Shown piece after piece: positions 9,715 through 18,285 of a stretch of 64,000 nucleotides of DNA (positions are counted from its first letter, which is position 1; each line of letters begins with the position of its first letter). Below the pieces are notes generated by a model that was not told where the DNA came from, did not search any database, and saw only the letters and a list, made by a program, of their open reading frames with translations. A program made the position numbers and the translations under genes. Location: positions 26,191-90,190 of IMG/VR virus record IMGVR_UViG_3300021387_000141. One strand, given 5' to 3'. The stretch is from a virus. Lineage: Duplodnaviria > Caudoviricetes.

Positions 9715-10309
9715 ATACATTATTAATGAAGAGTTCAACTTCCATGAAGTGATCCCGAGACCGGGGATTTATGACGATCCGGAACTGTCGGAGGACAATG
9801 ACCCGAACGCCTGCATCTACTGGTATCTCAGCCGGCGCGGAAAACTAAGCATTGCCGAGGTTTTGGAGCAGTATCCTGATTCTAAATATTTCAAAACACC
9901 GTCCGCAGGTGCTTTAATTCAGGAATTGGTTGACTCTATTGATGAATTAAAACAGGGCTCCGATTGGTTTTATCATCTCGGTGAAAAATTCGTGGATGCC
10001 ATTCAGCGTTACGGATACCGCAGCTGGTATTACTGGGATCTGGCAAATTGGGGAACAAAATATAACGCGCTGAATACCGATTATGACTGGGAATTACCGG
10101 ACTTTCATTATGTGGAATTTGATGCTGCCTATACTCCGCCCATGGATGTCATCTATAAGATATTTAAATGCCATCCGGATGATTTTCTTCACTTTGAATG
10201 GTGGGAAGCAAATAAATATGACAGCGATCATTATGGTCTTATAAAAGATGAATGCGGAGAATGGACCCAGATCCATAGCTGGAAGGAAATCCCGGATGCA
10301 GCTGTTTGA
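9662..10309 (+). CDS. YubB/DUF1281-like ferredoxin-fold protein
   Basis: WYYWDLANWGTKYNA and FDAAYTPP (FxTAWxPP-like) motifs. Confidence 0.6.
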   Translation: MEKMIHCRLEAPTEILNKYIINEEFNFHEVIPRPGIYDDPELSEDNDPNACIYWYLSRRGKLSIAEVLEQYPDSKYFKTPSAGALIQELVDSIDELKQGSDWFYHLGEKFVDAIQRYGYRSWYYWDLANWGTKYNALNTDYDWELPDFHYVEFDAAYTPPMDVIYKIFKCHPDDFLHFEWWEANKYDSDHYGLIKDECGEWTQIHSWKEIPDAAV

Positions 10310-10541
10310 TATTTTCCCGAAACCGCAAGTAGTTTATACAAAATGGGTCCGTATCTGTAAAGTTACCGGATGCGGGCTAGATTGTATAGAATGTCCTTAT
10401 GGCAAAACAGTTCGTGAAAACACCTGCTTTGATATTTGCCTGAAGGGCGATTGGGACTTATGGATGCACTACTACGATATGTCCAAGCCTTTGCTGCGCC
10501 GGTACATCGGACCGTATGAATGGGAGAAAGACGAATGCTGA
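10296..10541 (+). CDS. Cys-rich hypothetical protein
   Basis: CKVTGCGLDCIECPYG...C; RBS GGAAGG. Confidence 0.6.
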   Translation: MQLFDIFPKPQVVYTKWVRICKVTGCGLDCIECPYGKTVRENTCFDICLKGDWDLWMHYYDMSKPLLRRYIGPYEWEKDEC

Positions 10542-10702
10542 TGCGGACATTACAAATATTGATGGAAATCAATTTAATGCTTTTTCTCATGACTTCTTTT
10601 GGCGCATACGTATTGAAAAGCGATGAATTCAAAGGCGCGACGATCATTCTGCTGATAGAGATGATCATTCTCGGCGGATGTTTATATTACGGAGGTGCAT
10701 GA
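10535..10702 (+). CDS. Small two-helix membrane protein
   Basis: Two hydrophobic segments; coupled start. Confidence 0.6.
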   Translation: MLMRTLQILMEINLMLFLMTSFGAYVLKSDEFKGATIILLIEMIILGGCLYYGGA

Positions 10703-10703
10703 C

Positions 10704-10739
10704 ATGAAGCTTGTAAACCTGATTGAAGAGGTAAAATGA
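10704..10739 (+). pseudogene. 5' remnant of nrdG (MKLVNLIEEVK*)
   Basis: RBS GGAGGT; first 9 aa identical to the protein at 11533. Confidence 0.7.
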
Positions 10740-11314
10740 GTTACTTGACAACAATGTGGAAACATTTTAAAACTGTATGCCGGCATAAGATATATGTTTT
10801 TCAGGAATGCCGGGCCTGCGGAATAACCTGGCAGGGGATAACACACGATCTATCCAAGTTCAGCTGGGTCGAGTTCGGTCCGGCCGCAAGATATTTTCAG
10901 GGGAACCGGAGTCCGATCGAGGCGGAAAAAGAAGATCTGGGATATTCCTTTGCCTGGCTGCATCACAAAGGCATCAATCCGCATCACTGGGAATTCTGGA
11001 CTGATTTTGCGGAAGAAGACGGAAGCATCATCACCAACAAGATCCCGTTCAACTATGTTGTTGAGATGGTCTGTGATTGGGTCGGCGCCGGGAAAGCCTA
11101 CCAGAAAGAACAGTGGACCACAGATTCTCCGATGAATTATTTCATAAAGACGCGGAAAGGCCGCCATTTTCATCCGGACACGGAAGACCTGATTGTGCTG
11201 TTTTTGGACGGCATCAAATTTAAAGGTCTGGCTGAATTCCATAAAATGGCTAAATGTGAATCCCCTTATTCGTATTTGCGTGTTGATTACGAAGGGAAGT
11301 ATTATATACCATGA
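10736..11314 (+). CDS. HD-like protein (DUF5662-type by recollection)
   Basis: HDLSKF, WLHHKGINPHHWEFW, EMVCDW motifs. Confidence 0.7.
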   Translation: MSYLTTMWKHFKTVCRHKIYVFQECRACGITWQGITHDLSKFSWVEFGPAARYFQGNRSPIEAEKEDLGYSFAWLHHKGINPHHWEFWTDFAEEDGSIITNKIPFNYVVEMVCDWVGAGKAYQKEQWTTDSPMNYFIKTRKGRHFHPDTEDLIVLFLDGIKFKGLAEFHKMAKCESPYSYLRVDYEGKYYIP

Positions 11315-11529
11315 TATTTCTATATAATAAAGCAGCTAAGAAAAACGGAAAACTCTATTTAGGTACACAAAAGACTTTTTATTATCCAGAAGAATGCTAT
11401 GATGCATTACTGAAAGATATGAAAGATGGTGAAACCGTATACATTATCGAAAAACTACAGGAGTCATCCATTATTCATGATGTATGGGATGAAAAACAAC
11501 AGGCAGAAGTTCGGGGAAAATTTGGATAA
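11311..11529 (+). CDS. Hypothetical protein
   Basis: ATGA overlap with upstream gene. Confidence 0.6.
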   Translation: MIFLYNKAAKKNGKLYLGTQKTFYYPEECYDALLKDMKDGETVYIIEKLQESSIIHDVWDEKQQAEVRGKFG

Positions 11530-11532
11530 GTT

Positions 11533-12096
11533 ATGAAATTAGTTAACTTAATTGAAGAAGATTTTACAAACTTTAAAAAGCCGGGGATGTTCCTCGGCTT
11601 TCCTTATTGTTCCGGTAAATGTAACAGCCCGGGAATGACCGTCTGTCAGAATGAGGAACTCCGCCATGTTCCGGAACGGGATCTGATTGATATTTCAGCA
11701 GAAGAAATCGTCGAACGATATGCTAAAAACCCGATCACAAAGTGTTTGATCATCGGCGGTTTAGAGCCTTTTGACAGTTTTGATGATCTTTGTGAAATTG
11801 TAAAAGCACTGCGACTTGCATGTTGGCGTAATATCGCAGACGAAAAAAATGGCCGCCTTTGGTGGTTGGATCCTATCGTGATCTATACCGGGTATTATCC
11901 ATTTGAAATTAAAGATAAGATCAAAAAACTTTTAGAAAACAACCGATACAGAACGATGATCATTAAGTTCGGAAGATATATTCCCGGACATCAGCCGCAT
12001 TATGATGAAGTTTTGGGAGTAAATCTCGCTTCTGATAATCAGTATGCATTAATGTATGCGGCATTCGACGGTGAGGAATGGGGCACTTTTATATGA
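11533..12096 (+). CDS. nrdG: NrdG-like radical-SAM RNR activase
   Basis: CSGKC...CQN, IGGLEPF, IYTGY, IIKFGRY, LASDNQYA. Confidence 0.8.
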   Translation: MKLVNLIEEDFTNFKKPGMFLGFPYCSGKCNSPGMTVCQNEELRHVPERDLIDISAEEIVERYAKNPITKCLIIGGLEPFDSFDDLCEIVKALRLACWRNIADEKNGRLWWLDPIVIYTGYYPFEIKDKIKKLLENNRYRTMIIKFGRYIPGHQPHYDEVLGVNLASDNQYALMYAAFDGEEWGTFI

Positions 12097-12112
12097 CAGG
12101 GATTGATATTTC

Positions 12113-13291
12113 ATGATTGAACTTTACGACTACCAGGCGGATGCGGTTCGGCGCATGAAAAACGGCTGCATCCTCTGCGGTGGAGTCGGAAGCGGAAAAT
12201 CCAGAACGGCATTGGCCTATTATTTTACACAATACGGCGGAGATCTGAAAAAGCCCAAAAAGCTGAAAGGAGCTCCGCCTCTTTTTATTATCACAACGGC
12301 CCGCAAACGGGACACACAGGAGTGGGAGAAGGAACTGGAACCGTTTAATATTTCGGCGAAGGTGATCGATTCCTGGAATAAGATCAAAGATTACCGTGAG
12401 GTGGAAAATGGGTTCTTTATATTTGATGAGCAGCGTGTCGTGGGATATGGCACCTGGGCAAAAAGTTTCATCCGTATCGCCAGACATAACCGATGGATAC
12501 TTCTTTCGGCCACGCCGGGAGACACCTGGTCTGACTATATACCTGTCTTCATCGCCAACGGATTTTACAAAAACAAATCTGAGTTTGTATCAAGACATGT
12601 TATATGGAGTCACTTCGCCAAGTTTCCAAAGATCGACCATTATGTCGGACAGGCCGTTCTGAACCGTTACCGGAAAGATATTCTGGTGACAATGGACTTT
12701 CATCGGGAAGCGGTGCAGCACCATGAAGATATCTGGTGCGAGTATGACCCACTGATTTATAAAAGTCTGATCAAGACACGCTGGGATCTTTTCAAAGAGA
12801 AACCGATGGAAAACGCCGGAGAGCTTTGTTATTGTCTCAGAAGGGTCGTAAATACGGACGACACCCGTGCACAGGAGATCCAACGCCTGACTAAACAGCA
12901 CCCGAAGGTGATCATTTTCTACAACTTTGACTATGAGCTGGAGCTGCTGAAAGATATTTCGTATACCCAAGGGACTACAGTCGCGGAATGGAACGGGCAT
13001 AAGCATGAGCCGATTCCGGAGACGGACCGCTGGGTCTACCTGGTGCAGTATACCGCCGGATGCGAAGGCTGGAACTGCACGGAAACGGATACGATCATAT
13101 TTTTCAGCCAGAATTATTCTTATAAAGTCATGCTGCAGGCGTCGGGACGCATCGACCGCCTGAACACGCCATTTAAAGATCTTTATTATTATCACCTGAA
13201 GTCGCACAGCAGCATCGACCTGGCGATCCTCAAAGCGCTGAAGCTGAAAAAGAATTTTAACGAAAAAAGTTTCGTCGAAGGATCGCAATAA
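12113..13291 (+). CDS. SF2 (SNF2-like) helicase
   Basis: GVGSGKS, IFDE, LSATP, EGWN, QASGRIDR. Confidence 0.9.
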   Translation: MIELYDYQADAVRRMKNGCILCGGVGSGKSRTALAYYFTQYGGDLKKPKKLKGAPPLFIITTARKRDTQEWEKELEPFNISAKVIDSWNKIKDYREVENGFFIFDEQRVVGYGTWAKSFIRIARHNRWILLSATPGDTWSDYIPVFIANGFYKNKSEFVSRHVIWSHFAKFPKIDHYVGQAVLNRYRKDILVTMDFHREAVQHHEDIWCEYDPLIYKSLIKTRWDLFKEKPMENAGELCYCLRRVVNTDDTRAQEIQRLTKQHPKVIIFYNFDYELELLKDISYTQGTTVAEWNGHKHEPIPETDRWVYLVQYTAGCEGWNCTETDTIIFFSQNYSYKVMLQASGRIDRLNTPFKDLYYYHLKSHSSIDLAILKALKLKKNFNEKSFVEGSQ

Positions 13292-13308
13292 GAACATCTC
13301 CTCATATG
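13283..13308 (+). promoter_or_regulatory. Phage promoter motif copy 1
   Basis: TCGCAATAAGAACATCTCCTCATATG. Confidence 0.7.
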
Positions 13309-13322
13309 AAAGGAGATTAAAA

Positions 13323-13442
13323 ATGAAAAATTTTATAATTGATGCTATCATCGTGATGGCATTTTTATACTTTTTATTGTTGTGCTCCGGTTTATTGCCG
13401 GAGACTTTAAATTGGTTTAATTTAAACCCCAGCCTTTGGTAA
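13323..13442 (+). CDS. 39-aa hydrophobic peptide (not in ORF track)
   Basis: RBS AAAGGAG; MKNFIIDAIIVMAFLYFLLLCSGLLPETLNWFNLNPSLW*; bracketed by promoter and terminator. Confidence 0.7.
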   Translation: MKNFIIDAIIVMAFLYFLLLCSGLLPETLNWFNLNPSLW

Positions 13443-13443
13443 A

Positions 13444-13459
13444 AAGAGCTGGGGCTCTT
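13444..13459 (+). terminator. Hairpin terminator
   Basis: AAGAGC/GCTCTT stem. Confidence 0.55.
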
Positions 13460-13465
13460 AAATTT

Positions 13466-13491
13466 TCGCATAAATAACATATGCTAATATG
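13466..13491 (+). promoter_or_regulatory. Phage promoter motif copy 2
   Basis: TCGCATAAATAACATATGCTAATATG. Confidence 0.7.
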
Positions 13492-13700
13492 GAAAACTAA
13501 TTTGTAGTTTTTTGTAAATATGAGCCGAGTAGCAAGCTGCTGTGAAAGGCTGGAAGTATAGTATGCAGCGGTTTATTTTGTAAATTCCGGTACAAAATAA
13601 ATGCGAATTATCCCGGAATAGTACTGTAATTTATGTGGTTTTAGCAGTACTGGATATATAAACCACAAATGAATAAGAGCCCTTCATGGGCTCTTAAAAT
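13492..13700 (+). ncRNA. Candidate tandem-pseudoknot ncRNA
   Basis: No RBS or usable ORF; promoter upstream, terminator downstream; two clear H-type pseudoknot pairings (see findings). Confidence 0.65.
13675..13695 (+). terminator. Hairpin terminator
   Basis: AAGAGCCC/GGGCTCTT stem. Confidence 0.65.
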
Positions 13701-13701
13701 T

Positions 13702-13727
13702 TCGCAGGATTTGCATCTCCTAAAATG
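13702..13727 (+). promoter_or_regulatory. Phage promoter motif copy 3
   Basis: TCGCAGGATTTGCATCTCCTAAAATG followed by GAGGAC/GTCCTC hairpin. Confidence 0.75.
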
Positions 13728-13767
13728 GAGGACAAAAGTCCTCTAAAAATTTTTTAGGAGAAAAAAA

Positions 13768-14214
13768 ATGGAAAAAATTCAAAATATTGTTGTTTTGATC
13801 GCTGCGGTGATCATTGTGCTGTTTGCGATCTATAAGGTCGCGGAAAACATTGCAGGTTTTATTGCCCGCAAAATTGTAGAAAAGCGTTCACAAAATGAAC
13901 GCATTAACAAAAAGCTTGATTGTCAATGGACGACGATCAAAGAAATAAAAAAAGAAATCCTTGCTCTCCAACAGGAGAATAAGAAACATTGGTCTGTAGT
14001 TAACGGTGTGAATGCCACCGTTCTGCGAACAGAAAAAGCTTTGAAAGAAGCTTATGATCCCGATAATTTTTATACTTATCGGATGAATAAAACAGAATTT
14101 GGAACCTTTCTCGCGAAATGCGAGGAATGGCTCAACCGTCTTGAAAAAGACGGAACAATTGATTTGGAAGATATTAAAGAAAATCTTTCAAAGGAAGAAA
14201 AACCCGCTGAATAA
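13768..14214 (+). CDS. Membrane-anchored coiled-coil protein
   Basis: RBS AGGAG; N-terminal hydrophobic helix. Confidence 0.8.
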   Translation: MEKIQNIVVLIAAVIIVLFAIYKVAENIAGFIARKIVEKRSQNERINKKLDCQWTTIKEIKKEILALQQENKKHWSVVNGVNATVLRTEKALKEAYDPDNFYTYRMNKTEFGTFLAKCEEWLNRLEKDGTIDLEDIKENLSKEEKPAE

Positions 14215-14224
14215 GCAGGTAAAA

Positions 14225-14244
14225 AAGAGTCCGCAAGGACTCTT
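14225..14244 (+). terminator. Repeated terminator AGAGTCCGCAAGG(A/G)CTCT
   Basis: Near-identical copies at 14529-14548 and 19174-19191. Confidence 0.7.
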
Positions 14245-14250
14245 AAATTT

Positions 14251-14276
14251 TCGCGTAAATTACAGCTCCTGTAATG
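14251..14276 (+). promoter_or_regulatory. Phage promoter motif copy 4
   Basis: TCGCGTAAATTACAGCTCCTGTAATG. Confidence 0.8.
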
Positions 14277-14319
14277 AGAGGACATGGATGATCCTCTTAT
14301 TAATTTATAGGAGTAAATT

Positions 14320-14520
14320 ATGAGAAATATTTTAGGTATAATCGCAGGCGCGATTGGATTATTAATAGCTATTTATAATATAAAAAGTTATTATAATGAA
14401 ATTAAAAAGATTCAGGAAACTGATAAATCAATAAAAGATATGGATTTGCAATTAGAAATGTTGCTTAAATCATGTACATTATATGATTATAAAAAAGATA
14501 CGGCAGTATCTGATAAATAA
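14320..14520 (+). CDS. Small membrane protein
   Basis: RBS AGGAG; N-terminal hydrophobic helix. Confidence 0.75.
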   Translation: MRNILGIIAGAIGLLIAIYNIKSYYNEIKKIQETDKSIKDMDLQLEMLLKSCTLYDYKKDTAVSDK

Positions 14521-14553
14521 TTAATAAAAAGAGTCCGCAAGGGCTCTTATTTT

Positions 14554-14579
14554 TCGCATAAATTACAACTCCTATAATG
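14554..14579 (+). promoter_or_regulatory. Phage promoter motif copy 5
   Basis: TCGCATAAATTACAACTCCTATAATG. Confidence 0.8.
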
Positions 14580-14626
14580 AGAGGACACGGATGATCCTCT
14601 TATTATTTTTAAAAAAGGAGATAATT

Positions 14627-15166
14627 GTGGGAATTTGGACTCACACTAATAATATTGTTAAAGTCGATTGCAAAAATAAAATCGATGATTTTTCCGAATA
14701 CTTTGGAAAAGAAATTGTATATATGGTACATTCAGAGAATTACAGGAATAAAAAAACATGGAAAATTGATTGGGATCGATATGATCTCGCTAAGAAAAAA
14801 GAATTTGAAAGCCATAAAAAACTATGGGATGAATATAAAGTGCATCCCGAATTGTTTCTGCCTATGGGCAGTGAAGGAAGTCTGCATTTAAAAAGCAGGC
14901 TGCTAACAAGAGTGAAAAATTCTTTATACCCTTACCGGTATAAAGTTGAAATTTATGGTGATCTTCGCGATCACTATGATGTAGAGGAAGTTATTGACTG
15001 CATCCGAAATGGAGTCAATAAATTAAAAGCGCGGCATGACTGTTGTATATCAACAGAGGCCAACGTTCGTAATTATTTGGACGGAATGGCATCGTATAAA
15101 TTTGAAGATGCTTATTTTCGTAATAAAGATTTCTATAAAATCAGGGAGCCTTATAAAGGATCCTGA
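14627..15166 (+). CDS. Hypothetical phage protein
   Basis: RBS AAAGGAG with GTG; WTH, PMGSEGSL and IYGDLRD segments. Confidence 0.75.
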   Translation: MGIWTHTNNIVKVDCKNKIDDFSEYFGKEIVYMVHSENYRNKKTWKIDWDRYDLAKKKEFESHKKLWDEYKVHPELFLPMGSEGSLHLKSRLLTRVKNSLYPYRYKVEIYGDLRDHYDVEEVIDCIRNGVNKLKARHDCCISTEANVRNYLDGMASYKFEDAYFRNKDFYKIREPYKGS

Positions 15167-15212
15167 TTATGAAAGCCCTAACAAGGGCTATTTATTTTTT
15201 TCTGAGGAGCCA

Positions 15213-15416
15213 ATGAAGAGAGTTTATTTGGTATTGTACAGTCCGTTTTGGAATGGAATGATTGCACCGGAATGTATTGAAAAAGCATTCGCATCTAAAC
15301 ATATGGCAGAAGAATATATTCATGATCAGTGTATTAAATGTGGCTGCGACAGATCCTCTTATGAAATTTACAGTATTAATGTAGAAAATTCATCGCGATA
15401 TGAACAAAGCCTTTAA
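15213..15416 (+). CDS. Hypothetical protein
   Basis: RBS GAGGAG; start moved from 15036. Confidence 0.7.
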   Translation: MKRVYLVLYSPFWNGMIAPECIEKAFASKHMAEEYIHDQCIKCGCDRSSYEIYSINVENSSRYEQSL

Positions 15417-15418
15417 TA
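15393..15418 (+). promoter_or_regulatory. Phage promoter motif copy 6
   Basis: TCGCGATATGAACAAAGCCTTTAATA, inside the end of the upstream gene. Confidence 0.7.
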
Positions 15419-15552
15419 GAGAAAGAGAAAGGTCGTAAGGACGCATCAAAGGACTGAACACCCATTGATGAACGGATCACTGTCAAAGTTCAGGGCAGTA
15501 TTCGTACAAGAGGGAATTACGGCCCCTTGAGTATCAGGTACTTTTATTTTTT
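15418..15552 (+). ncRNA. Candidate kissing-loop ncRNA
   Basis: ORF-less stretch between promoter copies 6 and 7; three hairpins with complementary loops. Confidence 0.5.
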
Positions 15553-15555
15553 CAA

Positions 15556-15581
15556 TCGCGATTTAAACAGCTCCTTTAATG
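15556..15581 (+). promoter_or_regulatory. Phage promoter motif copy 7
   Basis: TCGCGATTTAAACAGCTCCTTTAATG plus AGAGAGAC/GTCTCTCT hairpin. Confidence 0.8.
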
Positions 15582-15625
15582 AAGAGAGACAAGCAGTCTC
15601 TCTAATTTTTTAAAGGAGATAAAAA

Positions 15626-15862
15626 ATGAAAAAGATTAATTTAATTTATGGATGCATTCTGCATCCAGAAAAAAATGTCGTAAAAATTATTGCCGGCAAA
15701 ATTCTGTCGGCTTTGATTGGATACAAAATTTGGGGCGTTTTTGCCTCAAACAAACGGTGCTATGCATTTGGCACCAAAAAACAGGCGATTAATTTCGCCA
15801 AAGCAATCTGGGATTGTAATGGACACAATCCTGTAATAGTAGTGGAACAACACTACTATTAA
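15626..15862 (+). CDS. Hypothetical protein
   Basis: RBS AAAGGAG. Confidence 0.75.
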   Translation: MKKINLIYGCILHPEKNVVKIIAGKILSALIGYKIWGVFASNKRCYAFGTKKQAINFAKAIWDCNGHNPVIVVEQHYY

Positions 15863-15876
15863 ATAAAAATTTAAAA

Positions 15877-15897
15877 AGGAGTCTTACAAAGACTCCT
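15877..15897 (+). terminator. Repeated terminator AGGAGTCTTACAAAGACTCCT
   Basis: Identical copy at 16172-16192. Confidence 0.65.
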
Positions 15898-15912
15898 GAA
15901 TTTCGTGTAGAT

Positions 15913-15938
15913 TCGCAAAATTTACAGCTCCTTTAATG
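15913..15938 (+). promoter_or_regulatory. Phage promoter motif copy 8
   Basis: TCGCAAAATTTACAGCTCCTTTAATG; downstream leader near-identical to copy 7. Confidence 0.8.
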
Positions 15939-15980
15939 AAGAGAGACAAGCAGTCTCTCTAAATTTTTAAGGAGATAAAA

Positions 15981-16166
15981 ATGGAAGTTTTAAAAACAGA
16001 ACAGCTCCCTGATGGGAGCAAAAAGTATTATTTTGTGGATGGTACATCGACCATCCTGTCTAAGGAATTTCTCGCACGTTGCGAGAAAATTAGTCGGAAA
16101 AACCCGTCCGTTGGACGGAAGAACGCGAATTGCCCCAGAATGAGGGCAATAGTTGTAAATAAATAA
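15981..16166 (+). CDS. Hypothetical protein
   Basis: RBS AAGGAG. Confidence 0.7.
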   Translation: MEVLKTEQLPDGSKKYYFVDGTSTILSKEFLARCEKISRKNPSVGRKNANCPRMRAIVVNK

Positions 16167-16200
16167 AAATAAGGAGTCTTACAAAGACTCCTAAAATTTT

Positions 16201-16209
16201 TGTTATACT
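16201..16209 (+). promoter_or_regulatory. Extended -10 host-type promoter element
   Basis: TGTTATACT (TGn-TATACT) upstream of an RBS. Confidence 0.45.
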
Positions 16210-16241
16210 TGTTTCATAGAAAAGGAGCAAAAGATGTAGAA

Positions 16242-16523
16242 ATGATTAATAAATGGCTATGTTGTTTACTTGTTTTAATTGCATTTGGGTTAGGAGCATT
16301 GCTTGTTGCAATATATCATAAAAAAGCATATGAAAAAGGCGTTCAGGATGGAAAGAATCTTGTCATGAATGAATGGGTTCAATATATGACCCCGGAAGAA
16401 GTGATAGATATTTGCCATGAATTTTTGGAAGATGATGATCATTGTCCTTTACTATTAATTCGACCGGATAAATACGATTATATTGATGGTCATGGTGAAG
16501 GCATACAAAAGATATTTCAATAA
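16242..16523 (+). CDS. Membrane-anchored hypothetical protein
   Basis: N-terminal hydrophobic helix; start uncertain. Confidence 0.65.
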   Translation: MINKWLCCLLVLIAFGLGALLVAIYHKKAYEKGVQDGKNLVMNEWVQYMTPEEVIDICHEFLEDDDHCPLLLIRPDKYDYIDGHGEGIQKIFQ

Positions 16524-16593
16524 ACCTCATACTCACTGATCTTTAGAACAGCTCGCATTACGCGGGCTTTTTTATTTAATCGAAAGGAAACAA

Positions 16594-17448
16594 ATGACTA
16601 GTTTTATCTCTATGCTGGGCGGCGCGGATGCCAAATCGATCGAAGCCAAATTCAATGATATTTCTGAGAATCTGAACGTGCTTTCTTCCAGAATTGCTGA
16701 GCTGGATGCAGTTGTGACTAAGCTGGACAAATACACGATGAATCTGGAAGCCGGTATTCGCAATAACGAGATCTGCTGCACTGAACTGAAGCAAAAATAC
16801 AGCAGCGAAGGCCTGACCAAGCGGGTTGATGACGTCGATCGCATGGTCCGGTATTTCCAATCCTCTCACGGCAAGGTACTGAATGATATTCGGGACCTGA
16901 AAAAGGAACTCCATGGTTTGTACGGACGCCAGTGCCCGCCCCCACAGGAAGAACTGGATAAATCCATCGCGAAGGACAACAGCGAGATCCTGCTGAGTGA
17001 TATTATTACGAACCTGATTCCGGAATACCATGAACGCGGATGTGTATTAAAAGCCATGAAACGAAATGGTTGGAAGACCGTTTCCGATCTGCTGGCGGTT
17101 CCTTATTCTCAGCTTCCGGACAGGCCATGGCTCGGTAAGAAAGTCCTTGCAGTTTTTCAGTGCATTTACGAACAATACGGGAAGATCGACCCGAAGGCCG
17201 TATCGGATGATATTCCGGACACGGATCTGAAAAAGGCAATCTTTGACATGGAAGGCAGCACCAAGACCAAATCCAGGGTCTATAACATGCTGAAAAAAGA
17301 GGGCATTTTTACGCTTGAACAGCTGGCGCAGAAATCCTTGCTGCAGTTATGCACGGATCATCCCGATTTTCGTAAAGGCCGTGCAGGCGATCTTTTGTCG
17401 GCTGTTTATACCAAATACATCTGGACCGAAGGAGAAAAGGATGCGTAA
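16594..17448 (+). CDS. Coiled-coil protein with two RNAP alpha-CTD-like domains
   Basis: RGCVLKAMKRNGWKTVSDLLAVPYSQL...LGKKVL and SRVYNMLKKEGIFTLEQLAQKS. Confidence 0.6.
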   Translation: MTSFISMLGGADAKSIEAKFNDISENLNVLSSRIAELDAVVTKLDKYTMNLEAGIRNNEICCTELKQKYSSEGLTKRVDDVDRMVRYFQSSHGKVLNDIRDLKKELHGLYGRQCPPPQEELDKSIAKDNSEILLSDIITNLIPEYHERGCVLKAMKRNGWKTVSDLLAVPYSQLPDRPWLGKKVLAVFQCIYEQYGKIDPKAVSDDIPDTDLKKAIFDMEGSTKTKSRVYNMLKKEGIFTLEQLAQKSLLQLCTDHPDFRKGRAGDLLSAVYTKYIWTEGEKDA

Positions 17449-17689
17449 TTTTTTCAAAGGCTTTTGGGAATATCTCAAAAACTGGGCATGGTCTTTGTTT
17501 GCCATGGCTTTATGGATGTTCGTCGGGATCGTGATCAGCTTGTTTTGTGTCTGGTACGGAATTATCGGCACCGGACCGGTGTTTATGATTGACCCCAAAT
17601 TCATTGATTTTCTCCGGGAAGCTGCCGACAAAAGTGAGGAGCTCCGAAAGAAACGTTTAGAAGAGGAAATTGAAAATGAAGAAAATTAA
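17441..17689 (+). CDS. Membrane protein
   Basis: RBS GGAG; long hydrophobic segment; start moved to 17441. Confidence 0.7.
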   Translation: MRNFFKGFWEYLKNWAWSLFAMALWMFVGIVISLFCVWYGIIGTGPVFMIDPKFIDFLREAADKSEELRKKRLEEEIENEEN

Positions 17690-17900
17690 AAGCTATTTAA
17701 GAAACTGGATGGATTTTCTGACTATGAGCTTTCTATTGTTTGTCCTAAGTTTCATGGACTTCATCACTGGATTTTTTGCTGCACTTACCAACAATCAGGG
17801 CTGGTGGTATCGTATAGTTCATATTTATAAAAATATGGGTGATCGTATGTATGCGGTTATGGAAAAGGAGAAGGAAGATGGAAACGATGAAACCATTTGA
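17676..17900 (+). CDS. Membrane protein
   Basis: RBS GAGG; hydrophobic segment. Confidence 0.7.
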   Translation: MKKIKSYLRNWMDFLTMSFLLFVLSFMDFITGFFAALTNNQGWWYRIVHIYKNMGDRMYAVMEKEKEDGNDETI

Positions 17901-18285
17901 TTTTTGGGTCGAATACGGTCCTGAAGGCAAACTTCAGACAATCAGCTTTATGGATATTTCATTGACCGATGCTTTATCGGCGCTCCTTTTTTTGAAAAAC
18001 ACGGAACCCTGTGATTCAGAACCCAACCCGGAAGCCCGTCCGAAATCGATTTTTGAAAACCCGATGGTGGCGGTTAAAGACTACATCGGAAAGTATCCCG
18101 TTTGCTATTTTACGCCGCAGGGTCAGTATTTTGAAGTCAAGACTTATTTACCGAAAGATAAAGGCTGGATCTGCCATTTGATGACCTATACCGGAAACGA
18201 TAACGACGGTTATCGCTGGTACCATGCCGATGACAGCATTTATATTTACGATGCTTATCTCACATTGGTTCGTAAGGAGGGGTAA
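17878..18285 (+). CDS. Hypothetical protein
   Basis: RBS AAGGAG; coupled. Confidence 0.7.
   Translation: METMKPFDFWVEYGPEGKLQTISFMDISLTDALSALLFLKNTEPCDSEPNPEARPKSIFENPMVAVKDYIGKYPVCYFTPQGQYFEVKTYLPKDKGWICHLMTYTGNDNDGYRWYHADDSIYIYDAYLTLVRKEG

Noticed and set aside
16234-16239. ATG-TAG minimal ORF at optimal RBS spacing
   Set aside because: A single instance that could be chance; it only makes the start of 16242-16523 uncertain
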